Positions 9,757 to 20,517 of a stretch of 64,000 nt of DNA are shown piece after piece. The stretch is from Candidatus Nanopelagicaceae bacterium. Its GTDB lineage: Bacteria; Actinomycetota; Actinomycetes; Nanopelagicales; Nanopelagicaceae. The stretch covers positions 2,597 to 66,596 of the forward strand of contig JBJTCN010000076.1 of NCBI GenBank assembly GCA_046091905.1. Reading direction: 5' to 3'. The notes below the pieces were generated by a model. It did no database searches, had not been told where the DNA came from, and worked only from the letters and a program-made list of their open reading frames with translations. Numbering within the stretch: position 1 is the first letter of the stretch; each line of letters begins with the position of its first letter. Both the position numbers and the translations under genes were made by a program.

Positions 9757-10662
9757 ATGACCGTGGAACCAATCGCACATAACGGAAGACTGTTGGTTGG
9801 GACGGGTCCAGACCGCGGCGCTACCTTACATTTTGGCGATCCAGTAAAAGAACAGCGGGCACTTGCCGAAGGCAAAGCTTGGGCAGATTTATCACATTTA
9901 GAAATAATCGCAGTTAAAGGCGTGGATCGCTTACGTTGGTTACATGATTTAACTACGCAGCATTTAGAAACTTTTACTGGTGGCTGGAGCGATGGATTAA
10001 TTCTGGATCACTTAGGCCATATCGAACATCAATTCCTAATATTCGATTCCTTAGATTCGAGCGAAACTGCCTGGTTAATTGTGGATGTAGATCGCGCAGC
10101 GCCACTGATTGAATACTTAAATAAGATGCGTTTTACGATGCGCGTAGAGGTGCGCGATGCATCTAATGAGAAATCTTTGATTCGCATTCCAGGATTAACT
10201 GATGATTTAGGTGGGCCATACCAATTAGTAAATCGCGGCGAACTGCCAGATTTTTCGGGCGCTACTCAAGTTGGAATTTGGGCGCTAGAAGCAGAGCGCG
10301 TAGAAAAAATGCGTCCGCGTTTGGGGTTAGAAACGGATCACAAATCAATTCCAAATGAGATTGGTGTATTAAATAAATCAGTGCATATGAATAAAGGTTG
10401 CTATCGCGGACAGGAAACGGTCGCCAAGGTGCATAACTTGGGGCAACCACCGCGAAAGCTAGTGCTGCTGCATTTAGATGGCTCTGAAGTGGATTTGCCT
10501 GCAGTAGGCGCGGATGTTGAAAGAGATGGCATCAAAGTAGGTTTTATCGGCACCGTTGCCCGCCATTATGAATTGGGCAATATCGCTTTGGCGGTCGTAA
10601 AGCGCAACGTTAAGGCCGATAGCGCACTTTTAGTGAACGGAATTGCTGCAAAAATTAACTAA
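9757..10662 (+). CDS. ygfZ: YgfZ/GcvT-like folate-binding protein (Fe-S cluster repair)
   Basis: Contains the family signature KGCYRGQE. 301 aa. Confidence 0.8.
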   Translation: MTVEPIAHNGRLLVGTGPDRGATLHFGDPVKEQRALAEGKAWADLSHLEIIAVKGVDRLRWLHDLTTQHLETFTGGWSDGLILDHLGHIEHQFLIFDSLDSSETAWLIVDVDRAAPLIEYLNKMRFTMRVEVRDASNEKSLIRIPGLTDDLGGPYQLVNRGELPDFSGATQVGIWALEAERVEKMRPRLGLETDHKSIPNEIGVLNKSVHMNKGCYRGQETVAKVHNLGQPPRKLVLLHLDGSEVDLPAVGADVERDGIKVGFIGTVARHYELGNIALAVVKRNVKADSALLVNGIAAKIN

Positions 10663-10671
10663 ACTGCGCGA

Positions 10672-10788
10672 GTGGAATATTTAACTTCGATCTTACTTGG
10701 CTTAGTCGCAATTGTTGTGGGCATAGCTTTGATAGTTTACGGAGTTATCTCAAAACCGAAACAGCGACCATTACGGAGAATCAAATAA
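10672..10788 (+). CDS. Possible 38-aa single-TM peptide (too short for the ORF track)
   Basis: GTG-initiated VEYLTSILLGLVAIVVGIALIVYGVISKPKQRPLRRIK. Its TAA directly abuts the ATG of the next gene. Confidence 0.3.
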   Translation: MEYLTSILLGLVAIVVGIALIVYGVISKPKQRPLRRIK

Positions 10789-11289
10789 ATGGCCTTTAGC
10801 ATCCCAGAGAATCTTCCTGAAGATTTATTTCCACTTGCTTGGTTAATTGGTACTTGGTCGGGCAAAGGCCAAGGTGAATATGAAGGCGTTGCGCCATTTC
10901 AATTTGCGCAAGAAGTTACCTTTAATCACGATGGTCGTAATTTCTTAACTTATTACTCTCGCTCTTGGATTATTGATGACAATAATGAAATCATCAAACA
11001 AGCTGCTTCCGAAACCGGTTTCTGGAATATCCGCGACGGAAAAATTCTGGATGTGATGTTGTCACATTCAAATGGACATGCAGAATCTTGGGTCGGTTTA
11101 GTAGATGGCCCACGCATTCAATTGGCATTTGATGGTGTAATTAATGGCGTGAAAGCCAAAGAAGTATCCGGTGGCCATCGCCTATATGGATTAGTCGAAG
11201 GCGAACTCTTTTTTGCATATGACATGCAGACTCCAACTAAAGAGCTGCAACCACATATTTGGTCGACCATGGCGCGCATGCCGTCATAA
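10789..11289 (+). CDS. FABP-family / nitrobindin-like beta-barrel protein (DUF1794)
   Basis: N-terminal LAWLIGTWSGKGQGEYEGV...F.QEVTF pattern, typical of actinobacterial nitrobindins. 166 aa. Confidence 0.7.
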   Translation: MAFSIPENLPEDLFPLAWLIGTWSGKGQGEYEGVAPFQFAQEVTFNHDGRNFLTYYSRSWIIDDNNEIIKQAASETGFWNIRDGKILDVMLSHSNGHAESWVGLVDGPRIQLAFDGVINGVKAKEVSGGHRLYGLVEGELFFAYDMQTPTKELQPHIWSTMARMPS

Positions 11290-11303
11290 CTTGAAAAGAA
11301 ATT

Positions 11304-12224
11304 ATGCACGAATCTGTATTAGCCGAATATGTCCGCGATGGAGTTATTGAATCAAAACATTTTGGCCATCTAATCGCGCTGGATTCATCTGGCGCGCCAG
11401 CATTAATTAAAGGAGATCCAAATGAACTTATTTACCCTCGTTCGGCGATTAAGTCGATTCAAACTAGTGCGATGGTTCGGGCGGGTTTGGATCAAGAGGT
11501 ACGGCATCTTGCTATTATCTGCGCTAGTCACTCTGGTTCGCGGACGCATACAGAAGTGGCTCTTGAAATCCTCAAGACCGCTGGATTAGATGAAACTGCA
11601 CTTCAATGCGTAAAAGATCGCCCAATTGGCGTGCAGGAACGTAAAGATTGGGGCGATCAAGAACCTACTCGCCTGGCCATGAATTGCAGCGGAAAACATG
11701 CCGGAATGCTGGCTACCTGCGTGGTAAATAATTGGCTGATTGAAAGTTATTTAGATCCAACTCATCCACTGCAAGTTGCAATTCGCGAAGAGTTGGAAAC
11801 TTTATCGGGCGAAAAAGTTGCCAAAATTTCAGTTGATGGCTGCGGTGCGCCGCTATTTTTACTTTCTTTACGTGGTTTAGCAAATGCCTTTCACAAATTA
11901 GCTACATCAAATGATCCGATTCATAAGAAAGTTATCGCCGCTTGTTTAGCTTTTCCAGAATTGGTTGCTGGCATTGGTCGCGGAGATACTGAATTGATGA
12001 AACAAGTACCTGGGCTATTTATGAAAAATGGTGCAGAAGGAGTGCAGAGTGCTTTCTATAAAGATGGCAGCACTGTGTTTTTCAAAGTTTCAGATGGCGC
12101 AGAACGCGCACATCAAGTTATTTTGCAAGATGCTTTTGGCAAAATGGGAATCCACTTTGATGTTAAGCACCCAGAAGTTTTAGGTGGCGGCAAAGTTATT
12201 GGCGAAATTAGGGCGGTTAAATGA
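11304..12224 (+). CDS. Asparaginase (asparaginase II family, Rhizobium etli type)
   Basis: Motifs HSGSRTH and CSGKHAGMLATC. 306 aa. Confidence 0.7.
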   Translation: MHESVLAEYVRDGVIESKHFGHLIALDSSGAPALIKGDPNELIYPRSAIKSIQTSAMVRAGLDQEVRHLAIICASHSGSRTHTEVALEILKTAGLDETALQCVKDRPIGVQERKDWGDQEPTRLAMNCSGKHAGMLATCVVNNWLIESYLDPTHPLQVAIREELETLSGEKVAKISVDGCGAPLFLLSLRGLANAFHKLATSNDPIHKKVIAACLAFPELVAGIGRGDTELMKQVPGLFMKNGAEGVQSAFYKDGSTVFFKVSDGAERAHQVILQDAFGKMGIHFDVKHPEVLGGGKVIGEIRAVK

Positions 12225-14812
12225 AAAAGTTAATTGCGTTTATTGCCGCATTAATGGTGCTGCCGATTTCGCCAGTGCAAGCGGTCGAAACCAGAACTAT
12301 TGATATTGTTGCAATCACTTGGCCAGGCGCGCCAGCGCCGGCAGTGAGCGTTAATGACGTTAAAAGCGCAATTGATAATGAAGTCACTACTAGGTGGAAT
12401 TTTCTAGCGCAGAACTGGCCGGGTGGAATTAATTTCTCTGTGGGCACGGTGCAGAGCACGCCAATTCAAATGACGATTCCGCTGGTCTGCGAAGGCGGCG
12501 AATCTTCAATTTATATGCGCGATGCGCGCCGCGCTTTTTACACCAAATACCCAATGGCGGATTACGCATCGCATTACTTGATTTTGCTCAGCCCAGCGCC
12601 AAGACCAAACTGTATTTGGGAAGGTAAATCGCTAATTGGCGATGCCGCTACTCCTGGTGGCTTGATGGTGATCAAAAATAATGCTTCTGCTTTTGTGATT
12701 ACTCATGAATTAGGCCATTCGCTAGGACTTGGCCATACCAATTTAATTCGCTGCCCAGGAAATGGACCAGATGGCGCTTGGGCAAATTGCAATGCCATTG
12801 AATATGGCGGCGCAGTTGATGTAATGAGCAACGTTGATGTTAAAGGGCCGTTAAGTACTTACCATCAATGGCGCATGGGAATTATTAAAGATAGCGATGT
12901 CACCCAAGTTTGGAAAACACAGACCATTGATTTGAAATACACCAATGCGTCGTCGGGCACTCGCGCCATCTTTGTGCGCGATGGTAAACAGACTTATTGG
13001 ATTGAATATCGAAAAGCTGCAGATGGTTACACACCAGGTCTTGCAATTTATCGTACTGATCCACCACCAGCATCATCAGTAGTTTCGCCAAATTCATCTG
13101 ATGCCGTAGAAGCACCAAACGATGCCGTAACTAGCGATGTTTGGTTGATGAATTTAGATTCTTTTAGTTATACCAGTTCTGCAACTACAACTGGTTCTCC
13201 AACTTTGCCGATCGGACAAACATTTCTTGATGCCAGCGGCAATGTCTCAGTTGCGGCAGCGCTAAAAGATAGCGATACCGTATCGGTAACCATTACGCGC
13301 AATGCAGATACGGTGGCACCGCCAACGCCGGTATTAACTAATCCAAATACCTGGGTCTCACCAGAATCTGAATTAATTACCGCCGGTTATGAAGATGCGG
13401 AATCCATTATCGACAAGTTTCAAATTTCGGTTGATGAAAAAGTTTCGGATGTAACGGGAAGTGCATCTAGTAGCTGGTTTGCCACCTATTTATCGCCGCT
13501 AAACCCGATAAAAAGCTTGCATGTAAAAGATCTGCCAGAGGGCACATATGCGCTAAAAGCACGCGGGGTTGATATTTATGGCAACGCTAGCGCCTGGTCA
13601 AAGTCGGTAAATGTAATTATCGATCGCGGTGCACCAGTGGTAACTAGTGATTTTAAAGTCACCACCATAAATACCAAAGGCACCAAATTAACTTGGAGCG
13701 GCGCCACCGATGCCGGTAGCGGAATTTGCAGCGTGCAAGTTTTAAATAGCGATGGCCTTGTCGTAGCACGTATCGATCGCACCACCAATGTGAAGAGTGC
13801 GCCAGAGTTAAATTTCACCGGTGACACAGTTGGTCGCGCACAAGTATTTGATTGCCGCGGAAATGGCGTGGTTGGCGACTTAACTTTAGGTTTTACTTAC
13901 ATTCCAGCATTTAACGCTAAGACCACCGGCAAGGTAACTATTAATAAAACAGATTCTGCATGTATTGGTAGTTGCAGCTTCTCATTTAGCGTCGCTGGTG
14001 ACTTAGAGGTAAAAGTTGCGAAAGGTAGCGGCACCGCATATATCAATGGCGTACCAAGTGGCACCTTTAAAGCAGGCGGGGAAACTCTAAAACTTGCCAT
14101 CGGTAAAACCAAAAAAGTAGTGCGCTTACAAGGTAAAGATTTGATAATTCAAGGTTTGGCAAAGGTCAGTGTGCAATGGAAAGAGAGCGGCAAGCTACAA
14201 CGAAAAGTAGCGGTCGTGGATCCATCTCTTGAAGATAAAGATCAATTAGCGATTTCTAAATATGGTTTTCAGATCTCTGATTTCGATCAGGATTATCAAT
14301 TGCTACCAATTGCGCGCGGCACCACGCTATTGGATGCCACGTTAGATGTTTGTAGCGGCGATTTCCCATCTGAAAAATCCCGCGTATTACGCCGACAAGT
14401 AGCGGCCTTTAAAGAGGGCAGTCCATACTCATTTTTAAGTACCGAAACTGTTAAATACAAAGATAGCGCTAGCGCTGAGAGTGCGTTAACTGATTTAGAT
14501 ACCGTGGTAGCAAAGTGCAAAATTGCAGGTGGCGTAAAAGGTGCAGATGGTGCCATCACCAAATATGCATTTAGCGATACTCCGAAATTTACCTATGCTG
14601 ATGGCGTTAAAGGTCGCGTGCTACTTACGCTAATTGGTGAAGGTGCAAATGCGCGTTGGTTGCTTGGTTTCTTCCAAATTAAGGGTGAACTAGCCGTGAA
14701 CACATATTTAGTTCGTGCCGAAAAATTCACCGATGCAGATATCAAGCGTTGGTCGCAGGTAGCATCAGAAATCTCAACTAGGTTAAGTGGGTATACGCCA
14801 GTAAACTTATAG
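12221..14812 (+). CDS. Secreted 863-aa protein with a metzincin-type zinc-protease motif and Ig-like repeats
   Basis: Signal peptide MKKLIAFIAALMVLPISPVQA. Motif HELGHSLGLGH (HExxHxxGxxH). Ig/FN3-like segments (YGNASAWSKSVNVIIDRGAPVV). No C-terminal anchor was seen. Confidence 0.65.
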   Translation: MKKLIAFIAALMVLPISPVQAVETRTIDIVAITWPGAPAPAVSVNDVKSAIDNEVTTRWNFLAQNWPGGINFSVGTVQSTPIQMTIPLVCEGGESSIYMRDARRAFYTKYPMADYASHYLILLSPAPRPNCIWEGKSLIGDAATPGGLMVIKNNASAFVITHELGHSLGLGHTNLIRCPGNGPDGAWANCNAIEYGGAVDVMSNVDVKGPLSTYHQWRMGIIKDSDVTQVWKTQTIDLKYTNASSGTRAIFVRDGKQTYWIEYRKAADGYTPGLAIYRTDPPPASSVVSPNSSDAVEAPNDAVTSDVWLMNLDSFSYTSSATTTGSPTLPIGQTFLDASGNVSVAAALKDSDTVSVTITRNADTVAPPTPVLTNPNTWVSPESELITAGYEDAESIIDKFQISVDEKVSDVTGSASSSWFATYLSPLNPIKSLHVKDLPEGTYALKARGVDIYGNASAWSKSVNVIIDRGAPVVTSDFKVTTINTKGTKLTWSGATDAGSGICSVQVLNSDGLVVARIDRTTNVKSAPELNFTGDTVGRAQVFDCRGNGVVGDLTLGFTYIPAFNAKTTGKVTINKTDSACIGSCSFSFSVAGDLEVKVAKGSGTAYINGVPSGTFKAGGETLKLAIGKTKKVVRLQGKDLIIQGLAKVSVQWKESGKLQRKVAVVDPSLEDKDQLAISKYGFQISDFDQDYQLLPIARGTTLLDATLDVCSGDFPSEKSRVLRRQVAAFKEGSPYSFLSTETVKYKDSASAESALTDLDTVVAKCKIAGGVKGADGAITKYAFSDTPKFTYADGVKGRVLLTLIGEGANARWLLGFFQIKGELAVNTYLVRAEKFTDADIKRWSQVASEISTRLSGYTPVNL

Positions 14813-14814
14813 CC

Positions 14815-16065
14815 ATGAGTAGCATGCGAAATAAAGTGGCTTTAGTGATGGTGCATACCTCCCCACTTGAACAAGCTGGCATTGGTGATGCCGGTGGCAT
14901 GAATATCTACGTAATTGAATCCGCAAAACGCATGGCCACAGTCGGGGTAGATGTAGATATCTTCACTCGCAAAATTTCGGCAGATCAACCAGATGTGGTG
15001 CAATACGAAAAAGGCATTCGCATTGTGCATTTAGATTTACCAATCGGAACAAAAAAGGAAGAGATTCCTGCATTGATTCCAGCGATGGCCGAAGATTTCA
15101 GAGTAAAAATTAAAGGCGTGGGCTACCAAGTAATTCATAGCCACTATTGGATTAGCGGCAAAATTGCGCTGCCGGCTGCCAAGGAATTTGGAATTCCGTT
15201 AGTGCACACCATGCACACGATGGCACGAGTTAAGAATGCATTCTTAGCCGAAGGCGAGAGCCCAGAACCGATGATTCGCGTGCAGGGCGAAACTCAAATA
15301 GTTGAAGCGGCAGATGCGTTAATTGCCAATACTGATGCCGAAGCTGCTTGTTTAGTGGGTCAGTACGGTGCATGTCCTGACATTGTGCAAGTTGTTGCGC
15401 CAGGTGTGGATCTATATAGCTTTACCCCAGATCGCAAAGATGCCCGGAAGAATTTAGGTTTAGATCCAAAGAAATTGATTATCTCTTTTGTGGGCCGAAT
15501 TCAGCCACATAAAGGCCCTGAAGTTTTGGTGCGTGCAATTAATGAAATGATGCAACATAACCCTGAATTGCGTGCAGTTTTGCAGGTTTTGATTACTGGC
15601 GGCGCATCTGGTGCTGGCAATAATGAAGCGCTTAGAATTCGCGAATTAGTATCATGGTTAAAACTTGATGATGTTATTAATTTCTTAGAACCAATTAGTC
15701 GAGATAAGTTACCGGATTTATATCGTTCATCTGATTTAGTTTGTGTGCCAAGTTATTCTGAAAGTTTTGGTTTAGTGGCACTGGAAGCGCAAGCATGTGG
15801 CACGCCGGTAGTTGCAAGTGCGGTTGGTGGCTTAAGAACTGCAGTTGCTGATGGTATTTCTGGTGTGTTAGTGGATGGACATAATCCAAAAGCTTGGTCT
15901 TCAGTTATTGCACGTTTGTTGATGGAACCGCAGCGTCGAATCACACTTTCAATAGGCGCAGTGGAACATGCATCACACTTTGGTTGGGATGCAACGGCTC
16001 GTGGCACTTTAGATGTCTATGACCGTTTGATTAATCACCTGCCAATGGCAAAATACGCCCCATGA
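14815..16065 (+). CDS. mshA: D-inositol-3-phosphate glycosyltransferase MshA (mycothiol biosynthesis)
   Basis: N-terminus [28 protein letters not shown]4 fold. Conserved position upstream of gpmA. Confidence 0.9.
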   Translation: MSSMRNKVALVMVHTSPLEQAGIGDAGGMNIYVIESAKRMATVGVDVDIFTRKISADQPDVVQYEKGIRIVHLDLPIGTKKEEIPALIPAMAEDFRVKIKGVGYQVIHSHYWISGKIALPAAKEFGIPLVHTMHTMARVKNAFLAEGESPEPMIRVQGETQIVEAADALIANTDAEAACLVGQYGACPDIVQVVAPGVDLYSFTPDRKDARKNLGLDPKKLIISFVGRIQPHKGPEVLVRAINEMMQHNPELRAVLQVLITGGASGAGNNEALRIRELVSWLKLDDVINFLEPISRDKLPDLYRSSDLVCVPSYSESFGLVALEAQACGTPVVASAVGGLRTAVADGISGVLVDGHNPKAWSSVIARLLMEPQRRITLSIGAVEHASHFGWDATARGTLDVYDRLINHLPMAKYAP

Positions 16066-16808
16066 GCAAATACACGCTAATACTTTTGCGCCACGGCGAA
16101 TCCGAATGGAATGCACTTAATCTTTTTACAGGTTGGGTGGATGTTCGTCTCTCTGCAACTGGAGAAGCCGAAGCAAAGCGTGGCGGCGCCTTGATGCTTG
16201 AGCGCGGATTACTGCCAGATATCGTGCACACATCATTATTGCGCCGTGCGATTCATACTTCGCAACTTGCGCTTGATGTATGCGATCGCCACTGGATTCC
16301 GGTGAAGCGTTCTTGGCGCTTAAACGAGCGCCATTACGGTGCGCTACAAGGCAAAGATAAAGCGCAGACATTAGCTACCTACGGCGAAGAGCAATTTAAA
16401 TTATGGCGCCGTTCTTTTGATGTGCCACCACCACCAATCGATGAAAATGATGAATTTTCGCAGGCGCACGATGCTCGTTATGCAGATTTAGCAGAGGTGC
16501 CACGCACCGAATGCTTAAAAGATGTAGTCGCGCGCATGATTCCTTACTGGAACGAATCAATAATTCCAGATTTAAAGGCAGGCAAGAAAGTTTTAATTAC
16601 CGCACATGGCAATTCACTACGCGCATTAGTTAAACACTTAGATGGAATTTCAGATGCCGATATCGCAGGTTTAAATATTCCAACCGGAATTCCGTTGCTC
16701 TATGAATTAAATGAATATTTCACACCGGTTAAAACAGGTGGCGAATATTTAGATCCCGAAGCAGCGAGAGCAGCCATCGAAGCAGTAGCAAACCAGGGTA
16801 AGAAGTAA
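16062..16808 (+). CDS. gpmA: 2,3-bisphosphoglycerate-dependent phosphoglycerate mutase
   Basis: [12 protein letters not shown] catalytic His motif. 248 aa. Confidence 0.95.
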   Translation: MSKYTLILLRHGESEWNALNLFTGWVDVRLSATGEAEAKRGGALMLERGLLPDIVHTSLLRRAIHTSQLALDVCDRHWIPVKRSWRLNERHYGALQGKDKAQTLATYGEEQFKLWRRSFDVPPPPIDENDEFSQAHDARYADLAEVPRTECLKDVVARMIPYWNESIIPDLKAGKKVLITAHGNSLRALVKHLDGISDADIAGLNIPTGIPLLYELNEYFTPVKTGGEYLDPEAARAAIEAVANQGKK

Positions 16809-16836
16809 CTCTTAACTTATAGATTTACTTATAGAT

Positions 16837-17481
16837 TTAAGAGTTATATTCGCCGTTAACCATGTAGTAAACGCGGCGACCCACAGATACCGCATGGTCT
16901 GCGCAGCGCTCGTAATAACGGCCAAGCAGCGTCATATCAATCGCAATTTCGGTGCCATGCGCCCAAGTAGATTCCATTAAAGTCTTAAAGAGCTGGCGAT
17001 GTAATTTATCCATCTCATCGTCATCTTGTTCTAGTTGTAGCGCCAAAGTGGTGTTGCGAGTATCAATCGCGGCGGTGGTTTTTTGAATAATTCCCACAGC
17101 CACGCGATCCATATTTCGAATAATTTCGCGGAGCTCTTCAGGAACTGCAATATTTGGATAGCGCATGCGGGCTAGCTTTGCGATGTGGTGTGCCATATCG
17201 CCCATACGCTCTAGATCTGCAGACATACGTAGAGAAGTGACCAGAGTTCTTAAATCGCCCGCAACCGGTGATTGGCGCGCGATAATCATCATGGTGCGCG
17301 CATCTAATTCATGCTGCATATCATCGATGGTGTCATCGTCTTTAATTACCTTCTCTGCAATCTCAAGGTTTGGTTCGAGTAGCGCGCGAGTTGCAGCGGA
17401 CATTGATTCCTCAACGATACGTCCCATTTTGACTAGGGTGTCGTGGATGGAATCAAGCTCTTCCTGAAAGGCATTACGCAT
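16837..17481 (-). CDS. phoU: Phosphate signalling complex protein PhoU
   Basis: 214 aa with two PhoU repeats. Divergent from senX3, as in mycobacteria. Confidence 0.9.
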   Translation of the reverse strand: MRNAFQEELDSIHDTLVKMGRIVEESMSAATRALLEPNLEIAEKVIKDDDTIDDMQHELDARTMMIIARQSPVAGDLRTLVTSLRMSADLERMGDMAHHIAKLARMRYPNIAVPEELREIIRNMDRVAVGIIQKTTAAIDTRNTTLALQLEQDDDEMDKLHRQLFKTLMESTWAHGTEIAIDMTLLGRYYERCADHAVSVGRRVYYMVNGEYNS

Positions 17482-17546
17482 GGAGGAATTTTACCTTTCG
17501 GCCAAGGTAAAGGCGCCCAAACAAGTGAACAAATGATTAACAGATT

Positions 17547-18704
17547 ATGAAGGGTTATTTATTACACGATAATAGGCTCATGGGGCGAATTAGAGAGATC
17601 TACGATGCGCTTATGTATCGCCGTGCCCCAATCGACGATGAAGATTTATTAGCAGTCGGTCAGGGTTCAGATTCACGATTGTATGAAATTTTAGATTTAA
17701 CTGATGCCGATTACATTCTGGTTAATGCCGATGATTTGGTGATCTCGTGTTCGGAAACTGTTTCTAATATCGGGTTGGTTAAAAATAATTGCATTACCTC
17801 TGAAGCGGTTCGTAAATTGATCCGAAGCGCTCGCAATAAAAATGAGATTATCGAATCCGAAGTTGCGATTCCACGCGGCGTGATTGCAGCGGGGTATCAC
17901 GAACGACGAGTGCGAATTGGGCGTATCGGCAAGCAGGGCGAAGTCGCCGCGCTGATTTTTGATGACTCAGAAGCCAATCGATTAGATGCAGTCCGTCGAG
18001 ATTTCGTAGCCAATATTTCGCATGAACTAAAGACGCCTATCGGTGGTATGTCAATTTTAGCCGAAGCGATATCTGAAGGTAGCGAAGATCCCGTTCTAGT
18101 TAAGAATTTCTCCGAACGTATGAAAATTGAAGCTAATCGCTTAACTAATTTAGTACAAGAGATTATTGATTTATCCCGCATTCAAGATCAAGATGCGATG
18201 CAGAACGCGGTAATGCTCCAACTTAATACCGTGATTGAAGAAGCGATTTATCAATCTAAAGTTCGTGCCGAAAAGAAGGCCATCGAAATCAATTTTGTTG
18301 CTGAGGATAAAGTGGAGTTTTTTGGCGATAAGAAACAGACGGTGATGGCAATTAGTAATTTAATTGAAAACGCCATCAATTATTCGCCAGAACGCACCAC
18401 GGTGACCGTGGTTCTAAAGCGCAGCGATGATTTCACCGAAATAACTATCAAAGATCAAGGCGTGGGTATTGCCGAGGCAGATTTAAATCGCATCTTCGAA
18501 CGTTTCTATCGCGTTGATGCAGCGCGCTCCAGAGAAACAGGCGGTACAGGCTTAGGTTTATCAATCGTTAAACACGTGATTTCAAATCATGGCGGCGATA
18601 TTCAAGTTTGGAGCGCACCTGGCACGGGCAGTACCTTTACCGTCTTATTACCGATTGTTAATTCAGAACTTAATTCCAAGCGCGAAGTAGGTGATGCTAA
18701 ATGA
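17547..18704 (+). CDS. senX3: Sensor histidine kinase SenX3-like (no TM segment seen)
   Basis: H-box FVANISHELKTP and an HATPase G-boxes region (GGTGLGLSIV). 4-nt overlap with regX3. Confidence 0.85.
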   Translation: MKGYLLHDNRLMGRIREIYDALMYRRAPIDDEDLLAVGQGSDSRLYEILDLTDADYILVNADDLVISCSETVSNIGLVKNNCITSEAVRKLIRSARNKNEIIESEVAIPRGVIAAGYHERRVRIGRIGKQGEVAALIFDDSEANRLDAVRRDFVANISHELKTPIGGMSILAEAISEGSEDPVLVKNFSERMKIEANRLTNLVQEIIDLSRIQDQDAMQNAVMLQLNTVIEEAIYQSKVRAEKKAIEINFVAEDKVEFFGDKKQTVMAISNLIENAINYSPERTTVTVVLKRSDDFTEITIKDQGVGIAEADLNRIFERFYRVDAARSRETGGTGLGLSIVKHVISNHGGDIQVWSAPGTGSTFTVLLPIVNSELNSKREVGDAK

Positions 18705-19390
18705 CTCGCATTTTGATTGTGGAAGATGAGCAATCTTTCTCAGAGCCACTTAGCTTTTTGCTGGGCAAAGAGGGCTACGAAACTGATATTGCACCAGATG
18801 GCAATAAAGCGTTAGAAATCTTCGGCAAAAAAGGCGCAGATTTAATCCTCTTAGATCTAATGCTGCCCGGAATGGCCGGTACTGAAGTCTGCAAACAGAT
18901 TCGCGCTAACTCCACAGTGCCAATCATCATGCTCACCGCAAAAGATGATGAGGTAGATACCGTGGTTGGCCTGGAATTAGGCGCAGACGATTATGTAACT
19001 AAGCCATATTCATCCAGAGAACTTTTGGCTCGCATTCGTGCGGTACTGCGTCGCAGAAGCGATTTCGCGCTCGAAGAGGGACAAGGCGCGACAGTTCAGG
19101 TAGGCCAAATTCGTTTAGATACCGACAGACATCTAGTTACCTTTAATAATGAGAATATCTTGCTGCCGCTAAAAGAGTTTGAATTATTGGAATATTTAAT
19201 GCGCAATGCTGGTCGCGTCTTAACCAGAATTCAAATTATCGATCGCATCTGGGGTAATGATTATGTGGGCGATACCAAAACCCTTGATGTGCATATCAAA
19301 CGCTTACGCTCTAAATTTGAAAAAGACCCAGCCAATCCAGAGTTAATTCAGACTGTGCGCGGCTTGGGTTACAAGATGGAATTAAATTAA
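18701..19390 (+). CDS. regX3: OmpR-family response regulator RegX3
   Basis: Receiver domain (ILLDLMLPG) plus winged-helix domain (TLDVHIKRLRSK...VRGLGYK). Confidence 0.9.
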   Translation: MTRILIVEDEQSFSEPLSFLLGKEGYETDIAPDGNKALEIFGKKGADLILLDLMLPGMAGTEVCKQIRANSTVPIIMLTAKDDEVDTVVGLELGADDYVTKPYSSRELLARIRAVLRRRSDFALEEGQGATVQVGQIRLDTDRHLVTFNNENILLPLKEFELLEYLMRNAGRVLTRIQIIDRIWGNDYVGDTKTLDVHIKRLRSKFEKDPANPELIQTVRGLGYKMELN

Positions 19391-19839
19391 GCGTTTACAA
19401 CTAAAGCATCAACAGAAACAGAACCAGCTAAGCCAAAGAAGAATGAGACCGGAACTCGGTGACCGGCAATCAAACCAGCAGCGGCGAGCGCAGCTTCAGT
19501 ATTGGCAGAGTCGCCGCCAAAGATAATTGGCTTATTCTGTAACGCAATTTGTGGCACGATCTTAATTCCGACTTTATTGATTGCTACGGCAATTAGCGCA
19601 TCTTGAGTTGGCTTTTGATTAACAATGGTGCCAACCAATGAGGCATCGCCCGCGGCATTAACTGCTACATAGATATTGCGTAGGTAAATTAAATTGCCTT
19701 CAGATGCCAGGTTTGCCTCAACGCCATCTGTTACTTGATTAATCATTCTAGTAGGAGCGTTATTTCCAGTCCCGCTGCATGCGGTCAATGAAGTTGAAAG
19801 AATTGCTGCAGCAAAGGCGATGGCAAATTTCTTTTGCAT
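19387..19839 (-). CDS. Hypothetical lipoprotein
   Basis: Signal peptide with lipobox (LSTSLTAC). No recognisable catalytic motif. Confidence 0.5.
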   Translation of the reverse strand: MQKKFAIAFAAAILSTSLTACSGTGNNAPTRMINQVTDGVEANLASEGNLIYLRNIYVAVNAAGDASLVGTIVNQKPTQDALIAVAINKVGIKIVPQIALQNKPIIFGGDSANTEAALAAAGLIAGHRVPVSFFFGLAGSVSVDALVVNA

Positions 19840-20034
19840 TAATAACTCCCACGATTTTTAAAACTTTTGAGACTCGCGTATTTTATCAGTAGAAATGGTT
19901 CGCTTATAACCGCAAAATCAAGCTAAGAAATAGCGATTTACAATGATTTTTCGCGAGAAAAACTGATAGTGACTCTCTTATTAATCCATGCTAAAATTAT
20001 CCTTCTGCTTAACTCTTCTCCTGAAAGGCGTTAA

Positions 20035-20517
20035 ATGTCATTTAAGGTCGGCGAAACAGTTGTTTATCCTCATCACGGCGCAGCTCTAATCGAAGCAATC
20101 GAAAAACGTGTGATTAAAGGTGAAGAGAAGACCTACTTAGTTTTAAAGGTAGCTCAGGGCGATTTAACAGTCCGAGTACCAGCAGATAATGTGGATTTAG
20201 TTGGTGTACGAGATGTAGTTGATTCCGCAGGACTTGATCGCGTATTTAACGTATTGCGCCAGCCATACACCGAAGAACCAACCAACTGGTCACGTCGTTA
20301 CAAAGCAAATCTAGAGAAATTGGCTTCTGGCGATGTTATTAAAGTCGCAGAGGTAGTGCGCGATCTTTATCGTCGCGATTTAGACCGCGGTCTTTCAGCT
20401 GGCGAGAAGCGTATGTTGGCTAAGGCAAAGCAGATTTTGGTTTCAGAGTTAGCGTTGGCAGAACGCACCGATGAGGAAAAAGCAGCAACTATCCTCGACG
20501 AAGTACTTGCCTCATAA
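20035..20517 (+). CDS. carD: RNA polymerase-binding transcription factor CarD
   Basis: [20 protein letters not shown]... is the typical CarD/CdnL N-terminus. 160 aa. Confidence 0.95.
   Translation: MSFKVGETVVYPHHGAALIEAIEKRVIKGEEKTYLVLKVAQGDLTVRVPADNVDLVGVRDVVDSAGLDRVFNVLRQPYTEEPTNWSRRYKANLEKLASGDVIKVAEVVRDLYRRDLDRGLSAGEKRMLAKAKQILVSELALAERTDEEKAATILDEVLAS

Noticed and set aside
16806-16846. A hairpin between the convergent gpmA and phoU genes (TAACTCTTAA / TTAAGAGTTA) enclosing a tandem 12-nt repeat CTTATAGATTTA x2.
   Set aside because: The stem is AT-rich with a 21-nt loop and has no U-tract, so it is weak as a terminator. The repeat is too short to interpret.
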